DNA of 64,000 nucleotides from a virus (Duplodnaviria; Caudoviricetes): IMG/VR virus record IMGVR_UViG_3300005613_000057, positions 2,022 to 66,021 of that record; one strand, 5' to 3'. Shown piece by piece: positions 30,125 to 39,467 of this stretch (position 1 is its first letter; each line of letters starts with the position of its first letter). The notes under the pieces were generated by a model. It saw only the letters and a program-made list of their open reading frames with translations, ran no database searches and was not told where the DNA came from. The position numbers and the translations under genes were made by a program.

Positions 30125-30829
30125 ATGACACTAAAAATCGGTGTATGCGTCAGTGGTCAAATGCGGGCAGTGGAATCGTGGAACACCTTGAAGCCATACT
30201 TGTTCAAGGATGGACGCTCAAGCAAGGTGTATCTACATACTTGGCATCAACCCGAAACTGCCAGGGTCTTTCGGTTCTTCGATCACAAGTTGGGAAACTG
30301 GAGTCCTTTGGTTGCCTCCAACAGCGATGCAGTTAAACTAATTCAACCAACAAACTGTCTGATTGAACACAACACCACAGAAGTTGTCGATCCATGCATT
30401 AGATTTGGACCTGGTGATGTAACACGACATCGTGTTTTGAGCATGTGGCGTGGCCAATACAAGGCATGTGAACTCGCATTAAAGCGCGATCACTTCGATG
30501 TAATGTGTAGGACTCGTTCCGATCTTGTCTTTGAAACAGATCCGTTCGACTTTCTAAATAACACTCGCCCACCAGAAGGTGTTGTTTATGTTCCAGAAGG
30601 ACCGAATGGAGGAGAACCAGAAGCACCACCAACAGAAGCATTGCACGATTGGTTTGGTGTCGCGGAACCAAAGACTTTCGTCAAATTTGTTTCTCTTTAT
30701 CAACATGCATGTGACTACTTCAAGGAAAGGCCTACGCTATTTCCCGAGGTGATGCTTAAGCACCACGTTGATCAAATGGGACTGACTATTGTTCGGTATC
30801 CACTAAAATACTACATCAAGAGATTGTGA
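30125..30829 (+). CDS. putative glycosyltransferase-like protein
   Basis: KIGVCVSGQMR, YLHTW, FDV..RTRSDL, DWF, PE..L. Confidence 0.55.
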   Translation: MTLKIGVCVSGQMRAVESWNTLKPYLFKDGRSSKVYLHTWHQPETARVFRFFDHKLGNWSPLVASNSDAVKLIQPTNCLIEHNTTEVVDPCIRFGPGDVTRHRVLSMWRGQYKACELALKRDHFDVMCRTRSDLVFETDPFDFLNNTRPPEGVVYVPEGPNGGEPEAPPTEALHDWFGVAEPKTFVKFVSLYQHACDYFKERPTLFPEVMLKHHVDQMGLTIVRYPLKYYIKRL

Positions 30830-31503
30830 GGACTACTATGGTAATAGTTTTAGATGTCGGTTCGATGGACGGTCAACAGGGATTGGAAAAAGTTGCTGAG
30901 TTAACAAACAACCACAACGATCCTGATTACAGACTATATGCTTTTGAAGCTCATCCTAAATATGCAGAGGAGATCAGGAAAAAGTTTGCTGCCATTTCTC
31001 CTTGGTGTGTTTTGGTTCCGAAAGCGGCATCAGACGTAAACGGAGAAGCGTCTTTCCACCTGTGCAAGCGAGATGGAGCATCAAGCCTACTCAAGTTCAA
31101 AGACAACGACACACTAGGACAGTATTGGCCTGGCAGAGATGATATTCAATACTCTGGCAACTCTGTTCCCGTGGAGACTATTCGCCTCGACACCTTCGTA
31201 GAGCAGTACAACATCTCTAAGATTGACTATCTTAATCTTGATGCTCAAGGCATGGACTTACCTGTTCTAAAGTCTTTGGGGAAGTACATCAGCATCGTAC
31301 AAGAGGGCTGTTGCGAAGCAGCCTACAACGAGAAGGCTGCGATCTATGAGGGACAGCAGTCCTACTTCCATGATATCATTGCATGGTTGGAGGGAAATGG
31401 GTTTGAGGTCTACAAGCACGAAGTGAATGCACATGCCAAGACTGCTGATCCAAATTGGTACAACGAATACAACGTCTATTTTAAAAGGAAGAGAAATGTC
31501 TGA
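30826..31503 (+). CDS. FkbM-family methyltransferase
   Basis: LDVGS, YAFEA, TIRLDTF, IDYLNLDAQGMDL.VL. Confidence 0.85.
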   Translation: MRTTMVIVLDVGSMDGQQGLEKVAELTNNHNDPDYRLYAFEAHPKYAEEIRKKFAAISPWCVLVPKAASDVNGEASFHLCKRDGASSLLKFKDNDTLGQYWPGRDDIQYSGNSVPVETIRLDTFVEQYNISKIDYLNLDAQGMDLPVLKSLGKYISIVQEGCCEAAYNEKAAIYEGQQSYFHDIIAWLEGNGFEVYKHEVNAHAKTADPNWYNEYNVYFKRKRNV

Positions 31504-31855
31504 AAGCACAAAGGTACAAAAGCCATGGGGTTCTTACGAAACCATTTATGGTGATGAGAACACACAAGTCAAGATTATCTGCATCTCGCCCATGCAGCGT
31601 CCGAGTTACCAATACCACTTCAAGAGAACCGAAACATGGGTCGTTGTGAAGGGCAAGGGAACTTTGACCCTTGATGACAAAACTTCGTTGGTCAAGAAGG
31701 GTGATGTAATCTTCGTTCCTAGAAAAGCTAAGCACAGGATTCAGAACACGGGAACAGAGGATTTGATCTTCGTCGAAGTGCAGATGGGAGAATACTTTGG
31801 TGAAGATGACATTGTTCGTATTTCGGATGACTACTCCCGCGAATCTACCAAATGA
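31496..31855 (+). CDS. cupin, mannose-6-phosphate isomerase type II C-terminal-like
   Basis: KPWGSY, SYQYH.KRTE.W, HRI.N, EVQ.GEY.GEDDIVR. Confidence 0.88.
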   Translation: MSESTKVQKPWGSYETIYGDENTQVKIICISPMQRPSYQYHFKRTETWVVVKGKGTLTLDDKTSLVKKGDVIFVPRKAKHRIQNTGTEDLIFVEVQMGEYFGEDDIVRISDDYSRESTK

Positions 31856-33420
31856 AAGTGCTCATTACCACAAGTGGCGTTGGCTCTCGGTTGGGCAACC
31901 TCACTAAGTTCACCAACAAAGCGTTGGTTCGTGTTGGCAAAAAACCTGCAATTTCTTACATCTTGGACAATTACACAAAGAACACAGAGTTCGTAATCAC
32001 ACTCGGCCACTACGGAGATCATGTCCGTCAATACATCGAGATTGCACATCCCGATCTCAGAGTTTCGTTTGTCGAAGTTGACAAGTATGAAGGTGAAGGC
32101 AGCAGTCTTCTCTATTCAATTTACTGCGCTAGAAATTTACTGAACGAACCATTCATCTTTCATGCGTGTGATAGTGTCATACAACACAAGTTTGTAAAAT
32201 CGCGAATTGATTCCAACTGGCTCGGTGGCTCTAAGTCTTGTGGAAGTTCCCACTATCGAACCTTCAATGTGTCGAGTGATAATGTCTCGCGTCTCAATGA
32301 AAAGGGTGAAAAGTCCGCGGACTATGACTACATCGGGATATGTGGAGTCAAGGATCACCTCTCTTTCTGGCGGAATGCCGAGGAAATACTTAGTAGGGGC
32401 GGTTGTCCGTCCGACTATGAAGTCATAGTTTCTATGATGTCTGACGGGGTTCTTTTTGATGTAAAGATACTTGATGGTTGGAGAGACATCGGAAACATGG
32501 AATCTCTCAGGAAGGCAAGAAAATCGGTTGACGACTCTTTCGACATACTTGATAAGGATGACGAGAGTATCTTCGTGCTTGATGAAAAGGTCATCAAATT
32601 CTTTTACGACGAGAAGGTGTGTGCTAATCGTGTCCAACGAGCACGACTGTTGGGGAACAGGGTTCCAAAGTTGTTGGGAGCATCAAAGAACTTCTATGCA
32701 TATCGTTATTCAAACGGAACGGTACTCCCCAAGATCATTACACCCAAAAAGATAAAATCTCTCTTAGATTGGGCAGGGATAAACTTGTGGAATCCCGTCC
32801 CCGATGATGGTTCATATCGCAAACGGTGTGATGATTTCTATCGGGTCAAAACAACACAAAGAATCAACAAGTTCCTCAAGATCAGTGGAATTGAAGATGT
32901 GGAGGAAATAATAAATGGTGAGTTGGTTCCGTCTGCATTGACCATGATTGAACAGATTGACTTCTCCCTGCTCCCTGCAAAAGTCCCCTCGATGTTTCAT
33001 GGTGACTTCATACTTGAGAACATACTTGAGACTGGCAATGGATTCACTCTATTGGATTGGAGACAGGACTTTGGTGGTACTGTTGAATTTGGCGATCTAC
33101 ACTACGATCTTGCGAAATTGAATCACAACCTGACGATTGACCATAGCGTAGTACACCAAAACCTGTTCTGTTGTGCAAATGATGAAAACGGAATCAGATG
33201 TCAGATCATGGTTCCGTCCATCAACAACGACTGTCGTGATGTCCTCAAAACTTTTTGCTTGGATCGCGGCATCGATTACGGCAATATTTCCATCCTAACG
33301 GCTATTGCGTGGTTAAATATGTCTCCACTCCACGAACATCCACTCGACCAATTTCTCTATTACTTTGGTCGATATCACCTATACATGACATTGAAAGGAA
33401 AGAAACATGGTGGCACCTAA
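31852..33420 (+). CDS. sugar nucleotidyltransferase fused to an APH/choline-kinase-like phosphotransferase
   Basis: TSGVGSRL..LT...NKAL N-domain; HGDFILENI, LLDWR, YDLAKL C-domain. Confidence 0.8.
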   Translation: MKVLITTSGVGSRLGNLTKFTNKALVRVGKKPAISYILDNYTKNTEFVITLGHYGDHVRQYIEIAHPDLRVSFVEVDKYEGEGSSLLYSIYCARNLLNEPFIFHACDSVIQHKFVKSRIDSNWLGGSKSCGSSHYRTFNVSSDNVSRLNEKGEKSADYDYIGICGVKDHLSFWRNAEEILSRGGCPSDYEVIVSMMSDGVLFDVKILDGWRDIGNMESLRKARKSVDDSFDILDKDDESIFVLDEKVIKFFYDEKVCANRVQRARLLGNRVPKLLGASKNFYAYRYSNGTVLPKIITPKKIKSLLDWAGINLWNPVPDDGSYRKRCDDFYRVKTTQRINKFLKISGIEDVEEIINGELVPSALTMIEQIDFSLLPAKVPSMFHGDFILENILETGNGFTLLDWRQDFGGTVEFGDLHYDLAKLNHNLTIDHSVVHQNLFCCANDENGIRCQIMVPSINNDCRDVLKTFCLDRGIDYGNISILTAIAWLNMSPLHEHPLDQFLYYFGRYHLYMTLKGKKHGGT

Positions 33421-33525
33421 CTCGTCAACAATCAGATGGGTAGAGCAAACAAATCAAACATTTAAATTTTTGTCTACATGCGATTTGCTTTTGGAAATTA
33501 AACAAGAGGTTGTAAGAATTCTATC

Positions 33526-34506
33526 ATGAGACACGACCTTTCACCAAAATTGTTTGTTGGACCAATGAGCAAGACCGTAGTGGATGCTTGTATTGAATAC
33601 GCCAACGAGACTCAAACCCCACTTGGACTGATTCCATCTCGCAGACAGGTAGACATGTTCACGGGATATGTCGGTTGGAAAACCAATACTTTGTCTTCTT
33701 ATGTTAGAACACGCAGTAGTCTTGTCATTCTTCAAAGAGACCACGGTGGGCCTTTGCAGGGTGACATGGAAGACGATGGATTAAATTCTCTTGAGTGTGA
33801 CGCAATCCACTTCAACTTGCTTCATATCGATCCCTTCAAGAAGTACAAGACCCTAGACTCAGCAATCACCTATACGGCTAATGTGATCAACAGCATTTCA
33901 CAGTTCTCTTCCTGTGAGTATGAAATAGGGACAGAGGAGGCGATCTTTCCCATGAGTGTTGCGGATGCCAAAATGTTTTTTTCACAAGTGAAGGATAAGA
34001 CATCAAGCAACTTCGATAGGGTTAAGTACCTCGTTGTCCAGTTCGGAACCAAGATTGTGGGGACACACAATACGGGACAGTTTGATAGAGAACGAGCCAA
34101 GCAAATGATTACCTTGTGTAAAGAATTTGGCAAGTTATCGAAAGAACATAATGGCGATTACCTGTCGGATATGGACGTGAGAGAGCGAAGAGAATTGGGA
34201 TTGGATGCTCTCAACATCGCCCCTGAAATGGGCGGTATAGAGACAGAATGTATCATAGACCAAATCGGTGGAAATCAGAGAATTATTGATGAATTTTTCA
34301 ATTGCTGTATTGTCACGAACAGATGGCAAAAGTGGTTTCCCTCAAACTTCAATCCAACAGAAAACAAGTTGGATGTATTGCGAGCATGTGGTCACTATTG
34401 CTTTTCCACTGCACAGTTCAAGGCCTTGACCGAGAGAATGGACTATGATCGGGTTATAGCAACAACAAAAACCAAAATCAAGGAAAGGATCGCTAAAATT
34501 TTATGA
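33526..34506 (+). CDS. GatZ/KbaZ-like TIM-barrel (tagatose-bisphosphate aldolase/epimerase-like)
   Basis: GPMS, SRRQVD, RDHGGP, HIDP, EIGTEE, KEHNGDY, NIAPE. Confidence 0.7.
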   Translation: MRHDLSPKLFVGPMSKTVVDACIEYANETQTPLGLIPSRRQVDMFTGYVGWKTNTLSSYVRTRSSLVILQRDHGGPLQGDMEDDGLNSLECDAIHFNLLHIDPFKKYKTLDSAITYTANVINSISQFSSCEYEIGTEEAIFPMSVADAKMFFSQVKDKTSSNFDRVKYLVVQFGTKIVGTHNTGQFDRERAKQMITLCKEFGKLSKEHNGDYLSDMDVRERRELGLDALNIAPEMGGIETECIIDQIGGNQRIIDEFFNCCIVTNRWQKWFPSNFNPTENKLDVLRACGHYCFSTAQFKALTERMDYDRVIATTKTKIKERIAKIL

Positions 34507-34847
34507 AGACCATATTCATCGACATTGATGGCACAGTCCTTCGACATAATGGAGACCTCACCACCCAAGTCGTTTCTGATTGTGATGCACTTGATGGTGT
34601 AGTACAGAAGTTCAATGATTGGAATCGAAAGGGATACCATATCGTACTCACCACGGGCAGGAAGGAGTGTATGCGAGATCTCACGATCAGCCAACTCCAA
34701 AAAGCGGGGCTGTTCTACGATCAACTCGTCATGGGACTACCGCGTGGTCAGCGTGTGCTGATCAATGATAGCAAGCCAGACATGAAGAATACTGCGGTAT
34801 CATTTTGTGTTGAAAGAAATAAAGGCATTCGAGACATCGAAGTTTGA
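34503..34847 (+). CDS. HAD-superfamily phosphatase-like
   Basis: IFIDIDGT, LTTGR, INDSK. Confidence 0.8.
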   Translation: MKTIFIDIDGTVLRHNGDLTTQVVSDCDALDGVVQKFNDWNRKGYHIVLTTGRKECMRDLTISQLQKAGLFYDQLVMGLPRGQRVLINDSKPDMKNTAVSFCVERNKGIRDIEV

Positions 34848-34904
34848 ATATAGAACGACAAATTCACTGAATAGACTGTCATACTCGTTTTAATAGTTAA
34901 ATTA

Positions 34905-35465
34905 TCACAATACTTTATAAACCCAACACCCCTCTGTACTTTCAACCGACCCTATAAGCTCTTCAACTGCTTTGACGACTCCCAATGCTTCTGGGAAATC
35001 GTGTCCAGCTAAATAGCCTCCTTTTTTTACTTTTGGTTTCCAAGCAATTATATCAGATTTTATACTTTCATAATCATGACCCGCATCTATAAAAACAACA
35101 TCAATTGAATTATCCTCATATAAAGTTGCAGCATCAGTAGATGTCATTCTAATTGGGTTGATTACATGTGAAACGGGAGAAATGTTGGATAAAAATAATG
35201 AATAAAGAGTATTTGTTTTAATATAAACATCCTTTTCGTGATATTCTTCGGTAGGAATAAATTTCCAAGTGTCAACGGCATCTATTTTTATATCTTTTCC
35301 AGAATTTATAACTTCGACTGCTAGATAAGAAATACTTTTTCCTTTCCAACATCCAACTTCTACTATTTTAGAGCCATCTCCCAATTCTCTAACAAATCTA
35401 GAATATAAATTGGGGTAAGTAAACCAATTTTCACCGAATTGGGGTTGATTGTAAATGTGTTCCAT
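34905..35465 (-). CDS. class I SAM methyltransferase (Methyltransf_24-like)
   Basis: VEVGCWKGKS, FIDAGHDYE, GG.LAGHD. Confidence 0.85.
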   Translation of the reverse strand: MEHIYNQPQFGENWFTYPNLYSRFVRELGDGSKIVEVGCWKGKSISYLAVEVINSGKDIKIDAVDTWKFIPTEEYHEKDVYIKTNTLYSLFLSNISPVSHVINPIRMTSTDAATLYEDNSIDVVFIDAGHDYESIKSDIIAWKPKVKKGGYLAGHDFPEALGVVKAVEELIGSVESTEGCWVYKVL

Positions 35466-35466
35466 A

Positions 35467-35754
35467 TCACTGAACCAACTTTAGTCCTGAATCAGGAACA
35501 ACCAACTTACTGAATGCGTTGGCATACTCATTTCTCAACTCACTCTTGAGTTCCAAAGTGTAACGAATTTCACTCTTTGGAAGAACGAATCCATCCAAAT
35601 CAGCAAAAGGCATCCAAGGAAAGAATCCAAGACCCTTCTCGGTTGGTGCAAGAACACAAGGATTCTTGAGAACATAACCCTCTCCAGTTTCCTCGACGAT
35701 CTCTGCGATGATCTCTTCATTGCTCTGCGTACGAATCATTTTGATGTTGCTCAT
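35467..35754 (-). CDS. conserved T4-like small protein (Sm-like)
   Basis: AAGGAG RBS; MSNIKMIRTQSNEEIIA...PWMPF. Confidence 0.7.
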   Translation of the reverse strand: MSNIKMIRTQSNEEIIAEIVEETGEGYVLKNPCVLAPTEKGLGFFPWMPFADLDGFVLPKSEIRYTLELKSELRNEYANAFSKLVVPDSGLKLVQ

Positions 35755-36449
35755 GTCAACTCCTTCATATAAAGTTTCTTGTCGTATCTTTGATGATAGT
35801 GGTTTATGTTGGAAGACCAATTGTTCTTGTATTTCCCATCTTCTTTACCACAAACCCACATCTCACACATATGTCTATATTTATACCACTCTTCAGACGG
35901 AGTGTAATCTTTCATTGGATTCGGAAGAGTTTTTATGTGACTTGAATTGGCCCACCAAATATTGCCACTGTAATGCATTGATGAATATCCATGTCCCCAT
36001 AAACTAGGATCTTGTTTTAAATTTTTACTTTCTCCACCCAAATTGACACTGGACGCATCCCAATCATCCAAGTCAACTACTCTATCTTTCCAAAGATCGA
36101 CGTTGAAATACAGAAAATAGTCCAACCAATCTTGTACTTCATTCCAACCAACTTTTGAAACACCTTTGGTGTGGACATACAAAGTCTTGAATGATTCTTT
36201 TTGTGAATCCTCCCAAAGTTTGGTCAACGTGGGAAACTCGCAGAAAGAAATCTCTTCATTGAAATGTGTCAAATTGATTTTTGGTTCTTCAAACAACTTC
36301 GCGTCCAAGTCGTTCATGTTGCCCAAGTAAACAGTGTTGATACTTTCACAAGCATCAAGCAACCCCGAATTCTTGATTTTTGCCAATATCTTGTGGGATA
36401 TTTCGTTGAAGTTATTCAAACCACATACATGAAAATATACGCGAATCAT
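35751..36449 (-). CDS. putative glycosyltransferase-like protein
   Basis: EFPTL..L, LYVHTKG, HYSGNIWWA, E.W motifs. Confidence 0.55.
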   Translation of the reverse strand: MIRVYFHVCGLNNFNEISHKILAKIKNSGLLDACESINTVYLGNMNDLDAKLFEEPKINLTHFNEEISFCEFPTLTKLWEDSQKESFKTLYVHTKGVSKVGWNEVQDWLDYFLYFNVDLWKDRVVDLDDWDASSVNLGGESKNLKQDPSLWGHGYSSMHYSGNIWWANSSHIKTLPNPMKDYTPSEEWYKYRHMCEMWVCGKEDGKYKNNWSSNINHYHQRYDKKLYMKELT

Positions 36450-37009
36450 CTCTTCACCAATATTCCTAGTCCATGGCTATATGGATAGTTATAGAAATCA
36501 CAATCCAAATCATCACTCAATTGTTCACATGCTCTATTCACATCCGAAAAAGATTCGGTGTCGTGAAATATCACACACCTCGAATGTTCCAATGCAAGTT
36601 TCCCACACTCATATGTTTCTTGAAAAGTGTGAACTATATCCACATGCACCAAATCAAAACTTGCTTGTTTGTCCAAGAAATCAAAATATTCTTGATACGA
36701 TGACTTGATTATTTGAACATTGTCCACTTCAGAGAAGTTTTTCAAAACCATTTGGTATTGGTTTTCGTTTCGAACTCCAGTGTGAACATCCCCGTAAAAC
36801 ATATCCACACCCACGACTTCCTCAAAAACATTCGAAAGAGCACTCAACGAATAACCATAGTCAACACCTATCTCCAAAGCACTTTTGTTGTTTAGATTGA
36901 AATCTTTGATTATCGGTCTTATTATTTTTTCTAATCCCGCCCAAGCACTTGTCACCTGTATTGGATTATTTTTATGGTCCAAAAAAGATGGTTTGTATTC
37001 CATATTCAT
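36446..37009 (-). CDS. class I SAM methyltransferase
   Basis: LEIGVDYGYS, HVDIVH, FHDT. Confidence 0.8.
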   Translation of the reverse strand: MNMEYKPSFLDHKNNPIQVTSAWAGLEKIIRPIIKDFNLNNKSALEIGVDYGYSLSALSNVFEEVVGVDMFYGDVHTGVRNENQYQMVLKNFSEVDNVQIIKSSYQEYFDFLDKQASFDLVHVDIVHTFQETYECGKLALEHSRCVIFHDTESFSDVNRACEQLSDDLDCDFYNYPYSHGLGILVKR

Positions 37010-37014
37010 TTACC

Positions 37015-38047
37015 TCAAATATTTAAAGACTCAACATAAAGTTCATTGATGATCTTCTTAAGCTTCTCTGGACTATTTATACCCATTCTGTCTATCTCTT
37101 CCGAGATTATGGTCAAAGTGTCTTTTTGCAAGTCAATCTTCTCTTCCTCTGTTGAATTTTCATCGTCCAATTCAACAACAGTGAGATTTGCTACAGGAAG
37201 AGAATTCAACTCGTCAATCAACAAGTCAACTCCATTGTTACTTCTTCCTTCTCTTCTGTCAACAAGAATCTTTACATATTTGTTCCGAAAATCTTCCTTG
37301 TTCAATTCCTCGTTTTCATCGTATACAAAGACATGGAACATCTTGTTTTTGTTCTCCACAAACTCAAACTCTCCAGTTTCAGTGTCAAGAACATGAAACC
37401 CCTTCTTCATGTTCGCATCGGAAAACGTGATTTGATATGGTGTCCCAAAATAGTGTATGTTTCCCTTGGATTGCTTTGCATGAAAATGACCACTGTAGAC
37501 AGCATCAAACCTTGAAAAGATTTTTGGTTCCAAACCATCTCGGAATTTCAAGCCAGGAATCACTTCACACCCATTGATTTCAAAGTGTCCCATTAGAATC
37601 TTGGCACGGCATTTCTTAATGAAAGACAGAAAATCCTTTGCGTTTCTCTTGTTCAACCAAGGAACCAACGCAATGCTCAACCCCGCCAAATCCATTGTAA
37701 CAGGTTCTTCGTGTAGAATGAATGACGAATACCGTTCTCCCAAAATTTCTTTTAATGAATTGACTTCATTGGTGCTTCTGTAATATGTGTCGTGGTTTCC
37801 AAGAATGCAATGAAACTTGATTCCCTCCAGTTTGCTCAAAAACCTCTTGCGAACTTGATTCAATGTGTTCACATTCACATACTTGCGACGGTCGAAGAAA
37901 TCTCCCAAGTGAATGATCGTGTCTATGTTGTTTTCCCGAACATACGGAAAGAACTGATTCTCAAAGAAGTTCAGGAAATGATCGAGAAACAGTTCGTTGT
38001 CGTTGCGTGCGCCAAAAGTGCGAGTCACAAATGATAGCTACTTTCAT
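37015..38047 (-). CDS. gp47: gp47 recombination nuclease (Mre11/SbcD-like); needs a +1 frameshift at codon 11
   Basis: ATG 38047 gives MKVAIICDSHF, an extra T follows, then GARNDN in the +1 frame; HLGD.FD, GNHD, GHF, SGHFH motifs. Confidence 0.88.
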
Positions 38048-38764
38048 TTATGACACCTCCATTCTGTAAAATTTAAAGTTTTTATGATGAGATACTTTAC
38101 CTTCTAAAAAAGCCTGAGCACATCTATATGTCAGATTGTTGTCGCGACAAAATTCCTTCAAGCAGTCAATTATTTTTTCAGAACCATCGGGAAAAATAAC
38201 TTTATATTTTTTTGCCATCGGATTTTTTGAGCCGAGAAGACCAGTCCCTGGAAATTTTTTTCCTTTATTCCAAGATATTTTAAATTTTTTACCATTTTCT
38301 ATAGCAATAGTTGCTCTTTTATTTTTTTCTTCCACACCAAGTTCATTCCAATATTTTTGTATACCCTCTACATGTCTTTTTTTCTTTATTGGGTCTTTAT
38401 GTTGTTTTTTTGTTCTTTCTGACAATCCGTTTAGATATTTTTTGTCTTTATAATGATCTTTATTCGGGTCAGGAGGATTTGTTTCCCCTCCTCTAGTCGC
38501 ATTATACCCATACTCATAAGTTTTGTATTGTTTTATATACTCTATCTCTATTTTTTTAGCTTCTTCCAGCGAATCACACTGTTCCAACAAAGTTATTTTA
38601 AAGTTATCTCTACCATGTTTGTCAATGGCATATTTGAGAGGTCTTGTGTCTTTTGAATAAAAATGTTGTCTTAACCTTTTTTCCAAGGTTTTTGAAGTAA
38701 AACCTATATATTTTTTATCTGTAATATTATTTGTTATTACATATATTTTATATTTTTTACTCAT
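38048..38764 (-). mobile_element. free-standing GIY-YIG homing endonuclease (Seg-like)
   Basis: KIYVITN...KYIGFT...RLRQH...E...YGYN; basic C-terminal DNA-binding region; AT-rich; lies between gp55 and gp47. Confidence 0.88.
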
Positions 38765-38855
38765 CTTAGGACTCCGTAGAAATAAATATGCATGTGGGAC
38801 AGCCTACTTCCGTAGGTAGGTTTCGGTTTAATCACAATAAACCGATTACCACATA

Positions 38856-38863
38856 TATTTATA
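38856..38863 (-). promoter_or_regulatory. T4-type late promoter for the endonuclease
   Basis: TATAAATA on the minus strand. Confidence 0.7.
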
Positions 38864-38871
38864 ATAACGGA

Positions 38872-39456
38872 TCATCCCAAGAAGTCTCCCAAGTTATTCT
38901 TTTCCACGGCGACTACTTTTTTTTTACTTGTCTTCTTTGTTGTCTTCTTCTTGGTGGTCTTCTTCGTGAAGTTCTCCAAGTCCTTCTCGTTCAGATTGAA
39001 AAACGCAAGGTATGGGTCGTTGGAATCCGAATCAACCATATCGTTCTTGACTGCCCAATTCTTGAATTCCTTGCGATAATCCATTTCACGAAAATATGCC
39101 ATCTTGGTATAAAGATACTTCTTCTCTTTCTGTATTCGCCGTAGAAAAGAATAGAAGATGATTTGCGTGAAGAACGCAAAGGGGTTTTGAGATTTCTTGG
39201 GATCAAAGTTGTCAACATACATCAAGCAATTCTCAACACCATCACTTATCATGTCTTCCTTGAATATGTAGTTGACGAAGTTTGGCTTTCTTGCGAGATT
39301 GGTTGCGATGTCCAGAAAGCATTTACCTATGTAGTTACTTACGCCTGGAATTGGTTTGCCTTCCTTCTTGGCTTTCTTTATGAGCTTTTTATGCTCTATC
39401 ATTGCTTTCAGAAATTCTTTATTGTCTATGTAGTTTTCAGGTTTGCGTTTTGCCAT
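38872..39456 (-). CDS. gp55: late-transcription sigma factor gp55
   Basis: YIDNKEFL, YIGKCFL.IA, DMISDGVENC, NPFAFFTQI...FLRRIQKEKK. Confidence 0.95.
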   Translation of the reverse strand: MAKRKPENYIDNKEFLKAMIEHKKLIKKAKKEGKPIPGVSNYIGKCFLDIATNLARKPNFVNYIFKEDMISDGVENCLMYVDNFDPKKSQNPFAFFTQIIFYSFLRRIQKEKKYLYTKMAYFREMDYRKEFKNWAVKNDMVDSDSNDPYLAFFNLNEKDLENFTKKTTKKKTTKKTSKKKVVAVEKNNLGDFLG

Positions 39457-39467
39457 GTTTTATTCCC

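Noticed and set aside
37015-38028. ORF-track start MTRTFGARN for gp47
   Set aside because: Would omit the essential D-x-H metal ligands, which are in the frame starting at ATG 38047
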